Of a stretch of 64,000 nucleotides of DNA, positions 27,620 to 41,290 are shown piece by piece. Location: assembly GCF_009914755.1 (NCBI RefSeq), contig NC_060931.1; one strand, written 5' to 3'. Each line of letters opens with the position of its first letter. The stretch's first letter is position 1. A program made the translations under genes and the position numbers. The notes under the pieces were generated by a model, which did not search any database, was not told where the DNA came from, and was given only the letters and a program-made list of their open reading frames with translations. This DNA comes from the human T2T-CHM13v2.0 reference genome, Homo sapiens.

Positions 27620-28683
27620 AACATCAACCCACAAAGATAAGAAAGCACCAGCACAAGAACTCTGGCAACTCAAAAACCTGGAATGTCTTCTTACCTTCAA
27701 ACAATCCCACTAGTTCCCTAGCAATAGTTATTAACCAGGCTGAAATGACAGAAATAGAATTCAGAATATAGATAGGAATAAAGATGGTCAACATTGAGGG
27801 GAAAGTCAAAACCCAATGAAGGGAATCTAAGGATTACAATAAAATGATGCAAGAGCTATACATGAAATTGCAATTATAAGAAAGAGCCAACCGGATCTGA
27901 TAGAGCTAAAAAAGCACACTACGAGAATTTCACAATGCAATAACTAGTATGAATAGCAGAATTAACCAAGCCGAGGAAAGAATCTCAGAGCTCAAAACTG
28001 GCTCTCTGAAGTAAGTCAAACAGAGGAAGGAAGGATGGAAGGAAGGAAGGAAGGAAGGAAGGAAGGAAGGAAGGAAAGAAAGAGGGAGGGACGGAGGGAA
28101 CAAACAAACCTGAGAAATATGGGATCATGTAAAGAGACCAAATCTATGACACATTGGCTTCCTTGAAAGAGAGGGAGAGAAATCAAGCAAATTGGAAAAC
28201 ATATTTCAGGATTTTGTCCATGAAAATTTCTCCTCACTCACTCCTCACTCACTAGAGAGGTCAACATTCTAATTCAGGAAGTGCAGACAACCTCTGAAAT
28301 ACTACACGAGAAGATAATTCCCAAGACACATAGTCATCAGATTCTCCCAGTTAAAGGCAGCTCAAGAGAAAGGGCAGGCCACCTACAAAGAGAACCCCAT
28401 CAAGCTAACAGGAGACCCACCAGTGGAAACCCTACAAGCCAGAAGAGATTGGGGGCATATATTCAGCACTCTTAAAGAAAAGAACTTTCAACAAAAAAGT
28501 TTTACATCCAACCAAACTAAACTTCATAAGCAAAGGAGAAATAAGATACTTTTCAGACAAGCTAAGGCCAAAGGCATTCATTGCCACCAGACCTGTCTTA
28601 CAAGAGGTCCTGAAGGGGGTGAAAAATATAGAAAGACTGTTACTGGCAACTACAAAAGCCCACTTACATACATAGAGCAGTGA
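27620..28683 (+). pseudogene. L1 ORF1p remnant
   Basis: ORF-track fragment METLQARRDWGHIFSTLKEKNFQ matches the ORF1p C-terminal domain. Disrupted, including a (GGAA)n insertion. Confidence 0.8.
28025..28100 (+). repeat. (GGAA)n microsatellite inside L1 ORF1
   Basis: ggaaggaaggatggaaggaaggaaggaaggaaggaaggaaggaaggaaggaaag. Confidence 0.9.
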
Positions 28684-28733
28684 CACTGTAAAGCAATCAC
28701 ACAAACAAGTCTGCATAATAACTAGCTAACAAT

Positions 28734-31700
28734 ATGATGACAGGATCAAATCCATACATATTAACACTAACCTTGAATGCAAATAGGCCAAATTCCCCCA
28801 ATTCCCCAATTAAAAGGCAAAGTGTGGCAGGTTGAATAAAGAAGCAAAACCCAACAGCATGCTGTCTTCAAGAGATCCATCTCACATGCAGTGACACCCA
28901 TAGGCTCCAAGTAAAGGGACAGGGAAAAATCTACCAAGCAAAGAGAAAACAGAAAAAAAGCAGAAGTTGCTATTCTGTTTTCAGACAAAAGAGATTTTAA
29001 ATCAACACAGATGAAAAAAGACAAAGAAGGGCATTGCATAAGAGTTAAAAGGCTCAATTCAACAAGAAGACCTAACTATTCTAAATATATCTGCACCCAA
29101 CACAGGAAAACCCAGATTATAAAACAAGTTCTTAGAGACCTACAAAAAGACTTAGATAACCACACAATAATAGTAGGAGAATTCAACACCACACTGACAG
29201 TATTATATCATTGAGGCAGAAAACTAACAAAGATATTTGGGATTTTAACTCAATACTTGACCTAATGAACCTAACAGACATCTATAGAACACTCCACCCC
29301 AAAATAGAATATATATTCTTCTAATCTGCACATGGCACATACTCTAAAATTGACCACACATTCAGGCATAAAAAGTGCTCAGCAAATTAAAAAAAAAATG
29401 AAATCATACCAACCACACTCATGTACCACAGTGCAATAAAAATAGAAATCAATGCTAAGAAAATCACTCATAGCCAATTACATAGACATTAAACAACCTG
29501 CTCTTGAATGACTTCTGTGAAAATACTGAAATTAAGTCAGAAATCAAAGTTATTTGAAACTAATAAGAAAAAGATAAAATATACCAGAATTTCTGAGACA
29601 CAGCCAAAGCAGTGTTAAGAGGGAAGTTTACGGCACTAAACACCCACATCCGAAAGAAAGATCTCAAATTAGCAACCTAACATTGCAACTAGAGAAACAA
29701 GGGGAAACCAACTCCAAAGCTAGCAGAAGACAAGAAGTAACCACATTTAGAGCAGAACAGAAGGAAATTGAGATGTGAAAACCCACACAAGAGATCAATG
29801 AATCCAAAAGCAAGTTCTTTGAAAAAATTAATAAGATAGAGAGACCACTAGGTAGACTAAAAGAATAAATGACAGAAGACCCAAAATAAACACAACAAGC
29901 AATGGCAAAAGGGATGTTACCACAGATCTCACAAAAACACAAAAAATAAACCTTCAGAGAGTACTATGAATACCTCTAGGCATACTGGCTAGAAAACCTA
30001 AAAGAAATGAATAAATTCCTGGAAAAATGCAACCTCCCAAGATTGCACAAGAAAGAGATTGAATCCCTGAATAGACCAATAAGAAGTTCCAAAATTAAAT
30101 CAGTAATAAAAGCCCAGAAACCAGAAAAAGGCCAAGAACAGAGAGATTCACATACAAACTCTACCAAGTATATAACAAAGAGCTGGTACCATTCTTACTG
30201 AAACTATTCTAACAACTTGAGGAGGAAGGATTCCCAAACTCATTTTATGAAGCCAGCACCACCTTGATACCAAAATCTTCCAGAGACATAACAAAAACAA
30301 AAAATGCTTCAGGCCAATACCCTTGATGAACATGCATCCAAAAATCCTCAACAAAATGCTAGCAAACTGAATCTAGCAGCACATCAAAAAGCTTATCCAA
30401 TATGATCAAATAGGCTTTATCCCTGGGGTTCAAGGTTCATTAAACTTTCACAAATCAATAAATGTGATCCACACATAAACAGAACTAAAACCAAAAACGA
30501 TATAATCTCAATAGATGCAGAAAAGGCTTTGGGTAAAATTCAATATCCCTTCATGTTAAAAACCCTCAACAAACCAGGCATCAAAGAAACATACTTCAAA
30601 ATAATAAGAGCTAGCTATTAAAAAAAAAAACTCATTGCCAACATCATACTAACTGGGTAAAATCTGGAAACATTCCCCCTGAAAACTGGAGCAAGATAAG
30701 GATGCCTCTACCTTACCACTTATATTCAACATAATATTGGAAGTCCTAGCTAGAGTAATCTGGCAAGAGAAAGAAATAAAAGGCATCCAGATAGAAAGAG
30801 AGGAAGTCCAGCTATCCCTATTTCCACATCATCCTGTACCTACACAACACCATAGTCTTGGCTCAAAAGCTCCTTGACCTGATAAACAACATCAGCAAAG
30901 ATCAGGATACAAAGTCAATGTACAAAAATCAGTAGCTTCCATATACAAAGACAACATCCAAGCTGTGAGCCAAAACAGGAACATAATCCCATTCACAATA
31001 GCCACAAAAAAAGAGAATACTTAGGAATACAGCTAACCAAAGAGGAGAAAGACCTTTAAATGAGAATTACAAAATGCTGCTCAAAGAAACCAGAGATAAC
31101 TCAAAACATTCCATGTCCATGAATAGGAAGAATTACTATTGTTAAAATGGCCACACCACTCAAAGCAATTTATAGATTCAATGTTATATCTATCAAACTA
31201 CCAATGAAACTATTCACAGAGTTAGAAAAAAGCTACTTAAAATTCATAGAATGTAAAAAAAGAGCTCAAATGGCCAAGGCAATCCTAAGCAAAAAAAGAA
31301 CAAACCTGGAGGCATCATATTACCCAACTTCAAACTATACTACGCAGCTGCAGTAACCAAAACAGCATGATAATGGTACAAAAAGAGACAATTAGACTAA
31401 TGGAACAGAAAACAGAGCTCAGAAATAATGGCACACTCCTAAAACCATCCCATCTTTGACACAATCAACAATAAAAAGCAACGAGGAAGGACACTCTATT
31501 CAATAAATGGTGCTGGGATAACTATCTATCCAGATCCACAATATTAAAACTGGATCCCTTTCTTATGCCATATACAAAAATCAGCTCAAGGTGGATTAAA
31601 AACTTAAACGTAAAACCTAAACCTATAAAAATCCTGAAAGATAACCACAGAAATAACATTCTGAAGATAGGACCTGTCAAAGATTTTGTGATGAAGTCTC

Positions 31701-32500
31701 CAAAAGCAAATGCAACAAAACCAAAAAAAGACAAGTGGAATCTAATTAAACTCATTCTGCACAGCAAAACAGTCAACAGAGTAAACAGACAACCTACAGG
31801 ACTGGAGAAAATGTCTGCAAACTATTTATCTGATAAAAAGCTAATATTCAGCATCTATAAAGCAAATTAACAAGCAGAAAGCAAACACTCCCATTAAAAA
31901 GTGGACAAAGGACATGAACAGACACTTTTCAAAGAAAGACATACGTGTGGCCAATAAGCATATGAAAAAATGCTCAGCCTCACTAATCATCAGTTAAATG
32001 CAAATCAAAAACACAATAGCATACCATCTCAAACCAATAAAACTGGCTATTACTAAAATGTCAAAAAATAGCATATGTTGGTGAGGTTGTGGTGAAAAGA
32101 GAATGCTTGCACACTGCTGATGACAATGTAAATTAGTTCAGCCACTGTAGAAAGCAGTTTGGAGAACTCTCAAAAAATTTAGAACTACCATTCAACCCAG
32201 TAATCTCATTATTGGTTTATACCCCCCAAAATATAAATCATTCTATCATAAAGCCACATACATGCATATGTTCATCTTAGCACCATTTACAATAGCAAAC
32301 ACATGGAATCAACCTAAATGTCCATCAGTGGTAGACTGGATACATAAAATGTAGCACATCTATACAGTGTAATACTATGCAAGCAATAAAGATGAATGAG
32401 ATCATATTCTTTGCAGCAACAAGTATGGAGCTGGAGGTCATTATCCTAAGAAAACCAACAGAGGAACAGAAAACCAAATCCATATACTCTCAGTTACAAA
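28734..32500 (+). pseudogene. L1 ORF2p (EN/RT) remnant
   Basis: Fragments such as [63 protein letters not shown] and [17 protein letters not shown]. Frameshifted. Confidence 0.85.
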
Positions 32501-34091
32501 TGGGAGCTAAACCTTGAGTACAGCTGAAGACAAAGAAGGGAACAACAGACCACGGGTCTACTTGAGGTTGGAGGGTAGGAGGAAGGTAAGGATCAAAAAA
32601 CTACCTATTGGATACTATGCTCACTACCTGGGTAATCAAATAATCTGTATACCAATGCTCACTACACAAAATTTACCTATATAACAAACCTATACATGTA
32701 CTCCTGAGCCTAAAATAAAAGTTTTAAAAATGCTATGTACTTGTGACAAGCATAATCAGGAAAGGATGATTTAAGAAAGAAATTAAATTGGCTAAACTAT
32801 TGGTATACTTGAAGAAGGTGGAAAATCAAAATAAATTTGAATATATTATAAAAATATAACTTTAAATATGCACATTAAAATATAAGATCACAGAGTTCTA
32901 CTACTGGGAAAATAAACATAATTTTCTCTATACAATTTTCTCCCAATGTGCAACTAAAAACCCAGAAAATTATGTATAATACAAACATAAGACTCTGAGG
33001 GGTGAAAAGAAGGCAGATCAGTTAAGGGAGCTCAGAATCTGAGGAACTATATGACAGTGAATTTCTCGAGGTTTTTTCAGCCTCATGTATTTCAGATTTT
33101 CCTGCTGGAGCAAACCAAAAATTATCACAGAAGGTTTTTAATTTTTTTTACCCACAAGAGTAAAAATGCCCCCTAAAATATCTGGTCTTTTTCTAGTCAA
33201 AGAATCAGAAAAGAAATAAAACAGCGTGTTCTTCTTACTTTTCAACTATTATTGCACATATTTCTCTGTTACACTGGCAGGGCCTTCTAGTAAAACATTA
33301 ATAAATACTGTGATGTGTTGATAGTAAAATTAAGTTTACATGTTAATTATGATGTTTGCTAGAGGATTTTGATAGGCTTCCTTCATTACATTAATAACAT
33401 TGAATTATATTCCTACTAGGATAAAAAGATTATGAATTATAATAATGTACGTAAAAATGCTTGCATATATAAATTATCTGCATTTCTTAAGATAACAATA
33501 TGGCTTTTATCTCATGTGAATTTTATTAACAATTTTCAAATATTAAACTCTCTGGTATTCTCATTATAATACTTTTTGGTTACGATTTATTATTTTTAAA
33601 CACGTGCTTAATTTCCTAATAATGTACTTATTCTGCATGTGTTTCCATAGGCATAATTACCTTACAGTTATCTTGTTTAAACTAATCCCATTTATTTTTT
33701 ATTGAAAGAATATTTGTGTATGTTGAAATGCATAAATTTTAATAGTTACACCTCAATATGTTCAGAAAATTTTAAGTAAACGTGTAACCAATACCACAAA
33801 CAAGGTATAGAACCTTCCTTTCCATTACCTCAGAAAGTTACCTTGTTTCACTTTTCAATCAATGCCTTCTTCTGAGAGGCACTACAGTTCTGATTCTTTC
33901 CTAATAGATTAGTGATATATTTCAGAATTTCATATAAGTAGAATCAGTTAGTAAACCATTATTGATATTTATCCATATTATTTCTTAGAACAATTGTTTA
34001 TCAATTAGTGTTCCATTTTATGCATAAACCAGAGCTCATTTATCCAGTCTTGTAGTTGAACTTTTCAGTTTCTAGTTCAGGGTTATTAAGA

Positions 34092-36854
34092 ATAATCACA
34101 TTCTCCAAGGTTGAAATTTAAAAAAATATATTAAGAGCAGCCAGGAAGAAAGGTCATGACAGCTACAAAAGGAGGCCCATCAGACTAACAGTGGACCTCT
34201 CAGCAGAAACCCTACATGTGAGAAGAGATTGGGGGCCAATATTCAACATTCTTAAGGAAAATAAATTCCACAACAGAATTTCATATCTGGCCACCTAAGC
34301 TTCCTAAGCAAAGGAGAAATATGATCCTTCTCAGATAAGCAAATGCTGAAGAATTTGTTACCACCAGACCTACCTTATGACAGCTCCTGAAAGAGGCACT
34401 AAGTATGAAAAGGAAAGACTGTTATGAACCACTGCAAAAACACACTGAAGTACACAGACCAGTATCACTATAAAGCAACCACATAAACAAGTCTGCAAAA
34501 GAACCAGCTAATATTATGATGACAGGATCAAATCCACACATATCAATACTAACCTTGAATACAAATGGATTAAATGCCCCAATTAAAAAACACGGACTGG
34601 TAAGCTGGATAAAGAACCAAGACCCATTGGTATACTGTCTTCAAGATGTCCATCTCACATGTAATGGCACACATAGGCTCAAAATAAAGGAATGGAGGAA
34701 CATTTACCAAGCAAATGGAAAACAGAAAAAAGCAGGGGTTGTAGTCCAAGTTTCTGACAAAAAACAGACTTCAAACCAACAAAGATCAATGAAGGCAAAG
34801 AACGGCATTATATTGGGGAATCTGCCCCGATATTCATGTGGGTTCTTTTCTATTTTCCTTAAGCGTCGGCCAACTTGAGAAATAAAGGGACAGAGTACAA
34901 AAGAGGGAAATTTTAAAGCTGGGCGTCTGGGGGAGACATCACATGTCGGTAGGTTCCGTGATGCCCCACAAGCTGCAAAAAACAGCAAGTTTTCATTAGG
35001 GAGTTTCAAAAGGGGAGGGAGTGTGTGAATAGGTGTGGGTCACAGACATCAAGTACTTCAAGTACTTTACAAGGTAATAGAATATCACAAGGCAAGTGGA
35101 GGCAGAGCGAGATCACAGGACCACAGGACCAGGGTGAAATTAAAATTGCTAAAGAAGCTTCCGGCACCATTGTCATTGATAACATCTTATCAGGAGACAG
35201 GGTTTGAGATAAACCGGCCTGACCAAAATTTATTAGGCGGGAATTTCCTCTTCCTAATAATCGGGGAAGTGATAAGTGTCCATGAAATCTTTACAATTTA
35301 TGTTTAGAGATTGCAGTAAAGACAGGCATAAGAAATTATAAAAGTATTAATTTGGGGAACTAATAAATGTCCATGAAATCTTCACAATCCTTGTTCTTCT
35401 GCCATGGCTTCAGCCAGTCCCTCCGTTTGGGGTCCCTGACTTCCCACAACAGCATTACATAATGGTAAAGGGTTCAATTCAACAAGATCTAACTATCCTA
35501 AATATATATGTACCCAACACAGGAGCTCATAACTCGGATTCATAAAGCAAGTTCTTAGAGATGTTCAAAGATGCCTAAATACCCACACAATAATACGGGG
35601 AGACTTTTAACACCTGAATGACAATATTAGAGAGATAATCTAGATAGAAAATTCACAAAGATATTCAGGACCTGAACTTAGCACTGGATGAAGTGGCCCT
35701 GATAGATATCTACAGAATTCTCCACATAAAAACAACAGAACATACATTGTTCTCTTTGCCACATGGTACATACTCTAAAATCGATCACATAATCGGAAGT
35801 AAAACACTCCACAGCAAATGCAAAAACTGACATCTTAACAAACACTCTCTTAGATCATAGTGCAATCAAATTAGAAATCAAGCTTAAGAAATTCACTCAA
35901 AACCATACAATTACATGGAAATTGAATAATTTGCCCTGAATGACTTTTTGGTAAATAATGAAGTTAAGGCAGATATCAAGAAATTCTTTGAAACTCATGA
36001 GAACAAAGATATAACATACCAGAATCTCTGGGACACAGCTAAGGCAGTGTTAAGAGGGAAATATATAGCACTAAATGCCCAAATCAAAAAATAGAAGTAC
36101 CTCGTGTTAACAACTTAAAATCACAACTAAAAAATTAGAGAAGCAAGAGCAAACAAATCCCAAAGCTAGCAGAGGATAAGAAGTAACCAAAATTAGAGCT
36201 GAGCTAAAGGAGATTGAGACATGAAAAACCATTCAAAAGATCAACAAATCCAAGAGCTGTTTTTTTTTTTTTGAAAAAATTAATAAAATAGACCACTAGC
36301 TAGACAAATAAAGAAGAAAAGAGAGAAAATCCAAATAAACACAATCAGGAATGATAAGGGGGATATTATCACTGACCTCAGAAATACAAACAACCATCAG
36401 AGAATATTATGAACACTTCTATGCACATAAACTAGAAAATTTAGAAGAAATGGATAAATTCCTGGACACATGCACCCTCTCAAGACTGAACCAGGAAGAA
36501 ATTGTTTCCCTGAAATAACAAGCTCTGAAATTGAGTCAGTAATAAATAGCCTACCAACCAAAAAAAGCCCAGGAACAGATGGATTCATGGCTGAATTCTA
36601 CCAGATGTTAAAAGAAGAGCTGGTACCATTCCTGCAGAAACTATTCCAAAAAACTGAAGAGGAGGGCCTCCTCCCTAACTCATTATATGAGGCCAGCATC
36701 ATCCAGATTCCAAAACCTGGCAGAAACACAACAACAATAAAAATCTTCAAGTCAATATCCTTGATGAACATTGATGTTAAAATACTCAACAAAATACTGG
36801 CAAACCAAATCCAACAGTACATCAAAAAGCTTAACCACCACAATCAAATAGGCT
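34092..36854 (+). mobile_element. internal L1PA fragment (3' half of ORF1 to mid-ORF2), no 3' UTR or poly(A)
   Basis: Contains the ORF2 start MMTGSNPHISILTLNTNGLNAPIK (34516) and the Z/RT-proximal [15 protein letters not shown]...[21 protein letters not shown] (36470-36850). It ends abruptly at 'caaataggct'. Confidence 0.9.
34811..35451 (-). mobile_element. MER11 (HERV-K HML-8 LTR) solo LTR, internally deleted
   Basis: The minus strand starts 'tgttgtgggaagtcagggaccccaaacggagggactggctgaagccatggcagaagaac' and has the repeated 'tgtgaagatttcatggaca' motif. Perfect 6-bp TSD gcatta (34805-34810 and 35452-35457). Only 641 bp long. Confidence 0.92.
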
Positions 36855-37949
36855 ATAAAGTTCCTATACAAGTCTTTATAACAACATATGTTTTCATTTT
36901 ACTTTAATAAGTACCTAGGAATGCATTTGTTGGATCATATATGGTGGAATTATTTACATTGCAGAAAACAATTTTTCATATGTATATGATCTTTTCATTC
37001 ATTGTAAACATGCATAATTATTAATATTATCAACATGCATAAAATATTTTCTTCCAATTCTGTGACTTCCCATTTCCTTATTTGCTTATTTAATGGGTCT
37101 TTTGATAAATAAAACATATTTTTAAAGGATATTTTCACTGAATATACAGTTTTCAGTTAATTCTATTTGGCCTCCTCCTTTTAGCATTTTAAAACATATT
37201 GCATTTTATAGTGGCTTCTATTGTTTCTACTGAGAAAATACTCATTATCATCATTATTGTTCCCCTTTGTTATTTTTAAAAAATTTCTCTGAATGCATTT
37301 ATCTTTAATTTTCAGCTAGGTGGTATGATGTGCTTGGGTGTTTTTTATTTTGTATTTTATTACACAGTAGATATATTGAGCTTCTTAGATATTGTGATAA
37401 TGTTTTTCCTCGAATTTAAAACATATATAGCTATTATTATCCAACAGTTTTTTGACCCCATCTTCTCTATTCTTTCCTCTTGGAACTCAATTACATTTTG
37501 TTAAATGGTACTAACTTTTTTCGTGTTAAATATGTTGTTAAAGACAATTTTTTAATTTCTAAATTTCTACTTATTTCTTACTTAAAATTTCTATTCTTCT
37601 CCTGAAACTCCCTTATCTTCACCAATTATTCTCCCTTTCCTCTAAATTATTTTACATATTTATAATAGATGCATTATAATCCTTGTCTGTAAATCCTGAT
37701 AACCTCATAATAATTAAGGTTCATCTATGAGTCTGTTTCTATTGTCAGTGCTTTCTGTTAATAAAAGTTTTAATTTTCATGCTTCTTAGCATATTTTAAT
37801 AATTTTTATTTTGGGTGTTAGTTATAAAATATAAGGAATTATACTTATTTTTGGTTTGTTCTATTATTTCTCCAAGATTGAAAAACCTTTACTCTCTACA
37901 GTAATTAGACAGAAGGACCAATTCAGCCTTTTTATTGTATTAAACAGGC

Positions 37950-38955
37950 GAACTAATTTAGATTCCTACCAACAGTGTAAAAGCATTTCTATTTCTCCAT
38001 AACCTTACCAGCATCTGTTGTTTTTTGACTTTTTAATAATCGCCATTCTGACTTGCATGAGATGGTATCTCATTGTGGTTTTGATTTGCATTTCTCTAAT
38101 GATCAATGACGTTGAGCTGTTTTTCATGTTTCTTGGCCTCATGTATGTCTTCTTTTGAGAACTGTCTGTTCATGTCCTTTGCCCAATTTTTAATGATTTT
38201 TTTTTTCTTGTAAATTTGTTTAAGTTCCTTGTAGATTCTGGATATTATACCTTTGTCAGATAAATAGATTGCAAAAATTTTATCCCATTCTGTAGGTAGT
38301 CTGTTCACTCTGATGATAGTTTATTTTGCTGTGCAGCAGCTCTTTAGTTTAATTGTGGAAGACAGTGTGGTGATTCCTTGAAGACCTAGAACCAGGTCTT
38401 TCAATTTGACCCAGCAATCTCATTACTGGGTGTATATATCCAAAGAAATATAAACCATTCCACTGTAAAGATAGATGCACATGTATGTTCATTGCAGCCC
38501 TATTCATAATAGCAAAGACGTGGAATCAACACAAATGCCCACTGGCTAAAGAAAATGTTGTACATATACACCGTGGAATACTATGCAGCCCTAAAAAAGA
38601 ATGAGGTGATTTACTTTGCAGGAACATAGATGGAGCTGGAAGCCATTATCCTTAGAAAACTAACGCAGGAACAGAAAACCAAATACTGCATGTTCTCACT
38701 TATAATTAGGAGGTGAACAATGAGAACACATGGACACAGGGAGAGGAACAACACACACTGGGGCCTGTTGGTGGGAGAAGAAGGAGAAAGAGCATCAGGA
38801 TAAGTAGCTAATATGTGTGAGGCTTAGTACCTAGGTTGTGGATTGATAGGTGTAGCAAACCAACATGGCACACATTTACCTATAACAAACTGCACCTCCT
38901 GTACACGTATCCTGGAACTTAAAATAAAATAAAGTAAAATTTAAAAGAAGAAAGA
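37950..38955 (+). mobile_element. 5'-inverted (twin-primed) L1PA, about L1PA11-13
   Basis: 37950-38352 is antisense late ORF2. From 38352 the sequence is sense ('attgtggaagacagtgtgg') through the 3' UTR ('gagcatcaggataagtagctaat...ggaacttaaaataaaataaa'). Confidence 0.88.
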
Positions 38956-39577
38956 AGAGCAGGTGCTCTAGAGCTACAAATACATTGAGTTTACATGTGA
39001 TTAGACTAGCTTCCAAATTCCTGTGCCCTCAATAGCTTCATGACTTCGTCAGTATTTAAGCTGAGAAATCAGTGAGCTGCAACATTCTAATATTTTCGGT
39101 GGATACATGGATTCAACTCTAGCAAGATCTTACATTGCCTTGCAATTTCTCTCTGCTTTACTGTCCCTTGTATGAGTGGATTGTTTTTACATTTGGCACT
39201 CTTTCATTTCCTGCCAAACCATAATTCCATTACAGTCTTCGTTGGTTTCTCCCTTTACCTGAGCATCTTCACTATCTTAGTAAGGGTGCTCTTCTATTTG
39301 ATATATAACAAGCCAGACACACTTCTTCAGAAATGGAAGCTGCCACCAGATATAAATTTCTTATTTCTCCCTGAAATTAATTTAACCAAAGCTTTTTTGT
39401 ATCCACTCTTCCTTTTTAGGCAATACAACATTTTTATTTATATTTTTGCCTGGTATATTCTTGTGATCAGCATAGATGTAAAGATTTTCTTCATTCTTCT
39501 ACATCCTATCTACATGTGAAGTTCCTAACATCTAATTTTAAAGCATTTTACCTAGGATGATATTGAGAAAGTTAGTT

Positions 39578-40086
39578 ATAAAATGACAGTTTTAGGACAT
39601 GTTACCCCCAAATAAGTCACCTTGAAAGTCATTGTCTGACCTTCTCCCATCTTTCTCTGTGAGAGCCATCCATAAAAGGATTCTCTGGTCTACTTCACCT
39701 GACAGTAGGTCATAAGACTGTCATGTAACAGTCATTCTGCCCCATACATGGGGAGAAGAAATGTCATACAGATACACAGAAGAATCTGAACCAACAGGCC
39801 TTGCTGAGTTCTTCTCCCATGCCCCAGTTTATTACCATTAGATTATACTCCTTTTTGTCCAATCATCTTTCTTCGCAACTATCCACTTCTTTCATCAGAT
39901 TTAGCACAAAAACGCACAGATTTCCCTGGGTCGTTTGTACCTTCATTTCTAAAATCTCCTATATAACATAAAACTTTAGATAAATAAACTCATTATGCTT
40001 TTCCCTTATTAATGTCTTTTGGTACAGGGATGTCAGCCATGAACCCTTCAAGAGGTGAGAGAAAGATATTACTTTTTATCCCCTAT
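39578..40086 (+). mobile_element. ERV1 solo LTR, MER34/MER39-like
   Basis: 'agaagaatctgaaccaacaggccttgctgag...tttattaccattagattatactcctttttgtccaatcat', an aataaa signal, and the end 'tcccctata'. Confidence 0.65.
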
Positions 40087-40829
40087 AAAAACAAATGATT
40101 TATTTAGTTTATATTCTAGTTGAGTGTGTACAGCTGCTGTCTCCTGGCTTCCTTGACCTATTGCTTGCTATAAGCATTAGACTCAAACCATGATTTTTTT
40201 TAAAGATGAATCTGATTATCGTTGACTCATTTCTTCCTTCTTAGTAGCTTAAAAAGGCAGGGTGGGAGGGTATGTTTGAGTAATCTCGTTTTAAATCAGA
40301 CTGATGAAATTATCTGCTCTGTAAAGCTCGTTTCCTAACAAGGTCATTATTGTAACAAGGAAGCTCTATCTACCTTCCCTGAAGTTTGTTAAGAATTATA
40401 GGTAAAGGATTCCTTTTCCATGAAACATAGTTTATACTGCATACAATCTATGCCCAGACTTAGCATGCACCTCTGTGTGATAAATTAGTTCCTCCTTTAT
40501 CTTGTGCACCATGAGCTGCCTCCACTTTCAAGTTTTATTTGATAGACACTATTTCATATTGAAAAATATGTCTCCAGTATTGTGGTCATGCCTCCTTTTC
40601 AAACTATATATATATATATTTTTTATATTCATAAAGGAACAGGGGTTCACTCCAGTTCTAGACTTCAAGCAGTAGCCTTGACTTTAGTCCACTATCTTAC
40701 ATTAATTACTTGAAGCCTCCAATACCCTTCAGAATTCAAAATCTTGATTACCATTTTTTGCTTTTAAACTATGATCGTTTGCTCTTTCCTTTCTGCCACC
40801 ACACCACCAGAATGCTTAATGTTTTCAAA

Positions 40830-41290
<461 letters not shown>

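Larger units (their letters stand above)
25981..32729 (+). mobile_element. full-length decayed LINE-1, L1PA15/16-like
   Basis: GC-rich ~1.6-kb 5' UTR, ORF1 remnant (~27620-28683), ORF2 remnant starting 'atgatgacaggatcaaatccatac' at ~28734, and a 3' UTR 'gatcaaaaaactacctattggatactatgctcactacctggg...cctaaaataaaagtt'. Many stops and frameshifts. Confidence 0.88.
33230..37915 (-). mobile_element. old L1ME/L1M antisense fragments (host of the 34092-36854 insertion)
   Basis: The L1ME 3' UTR motif 'gtttctagttcagggttattaagaataa' (to 34095) continues as 'gctataaagttcctatacaagtcttt...tttcattttactttaataagtacctaggaatg' (from 36852). Confidence 0.6.

Noticed and set aside
25915-27810. Dense cluster of overlapping 60-135 aa ORFs on both strands
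   Set aside because: They lie in the GC-rich 5' UTR of the old full-length L1. Low stop-codon frequency explains them and no protein motifs are recognisable.
34516-34878. 120-aa ORF with a convincing endonuclease N-terminus
   Set aside because: It is the L1 ORF2 start, frameshifted and running into the MER11 LTR. It is not a gene.
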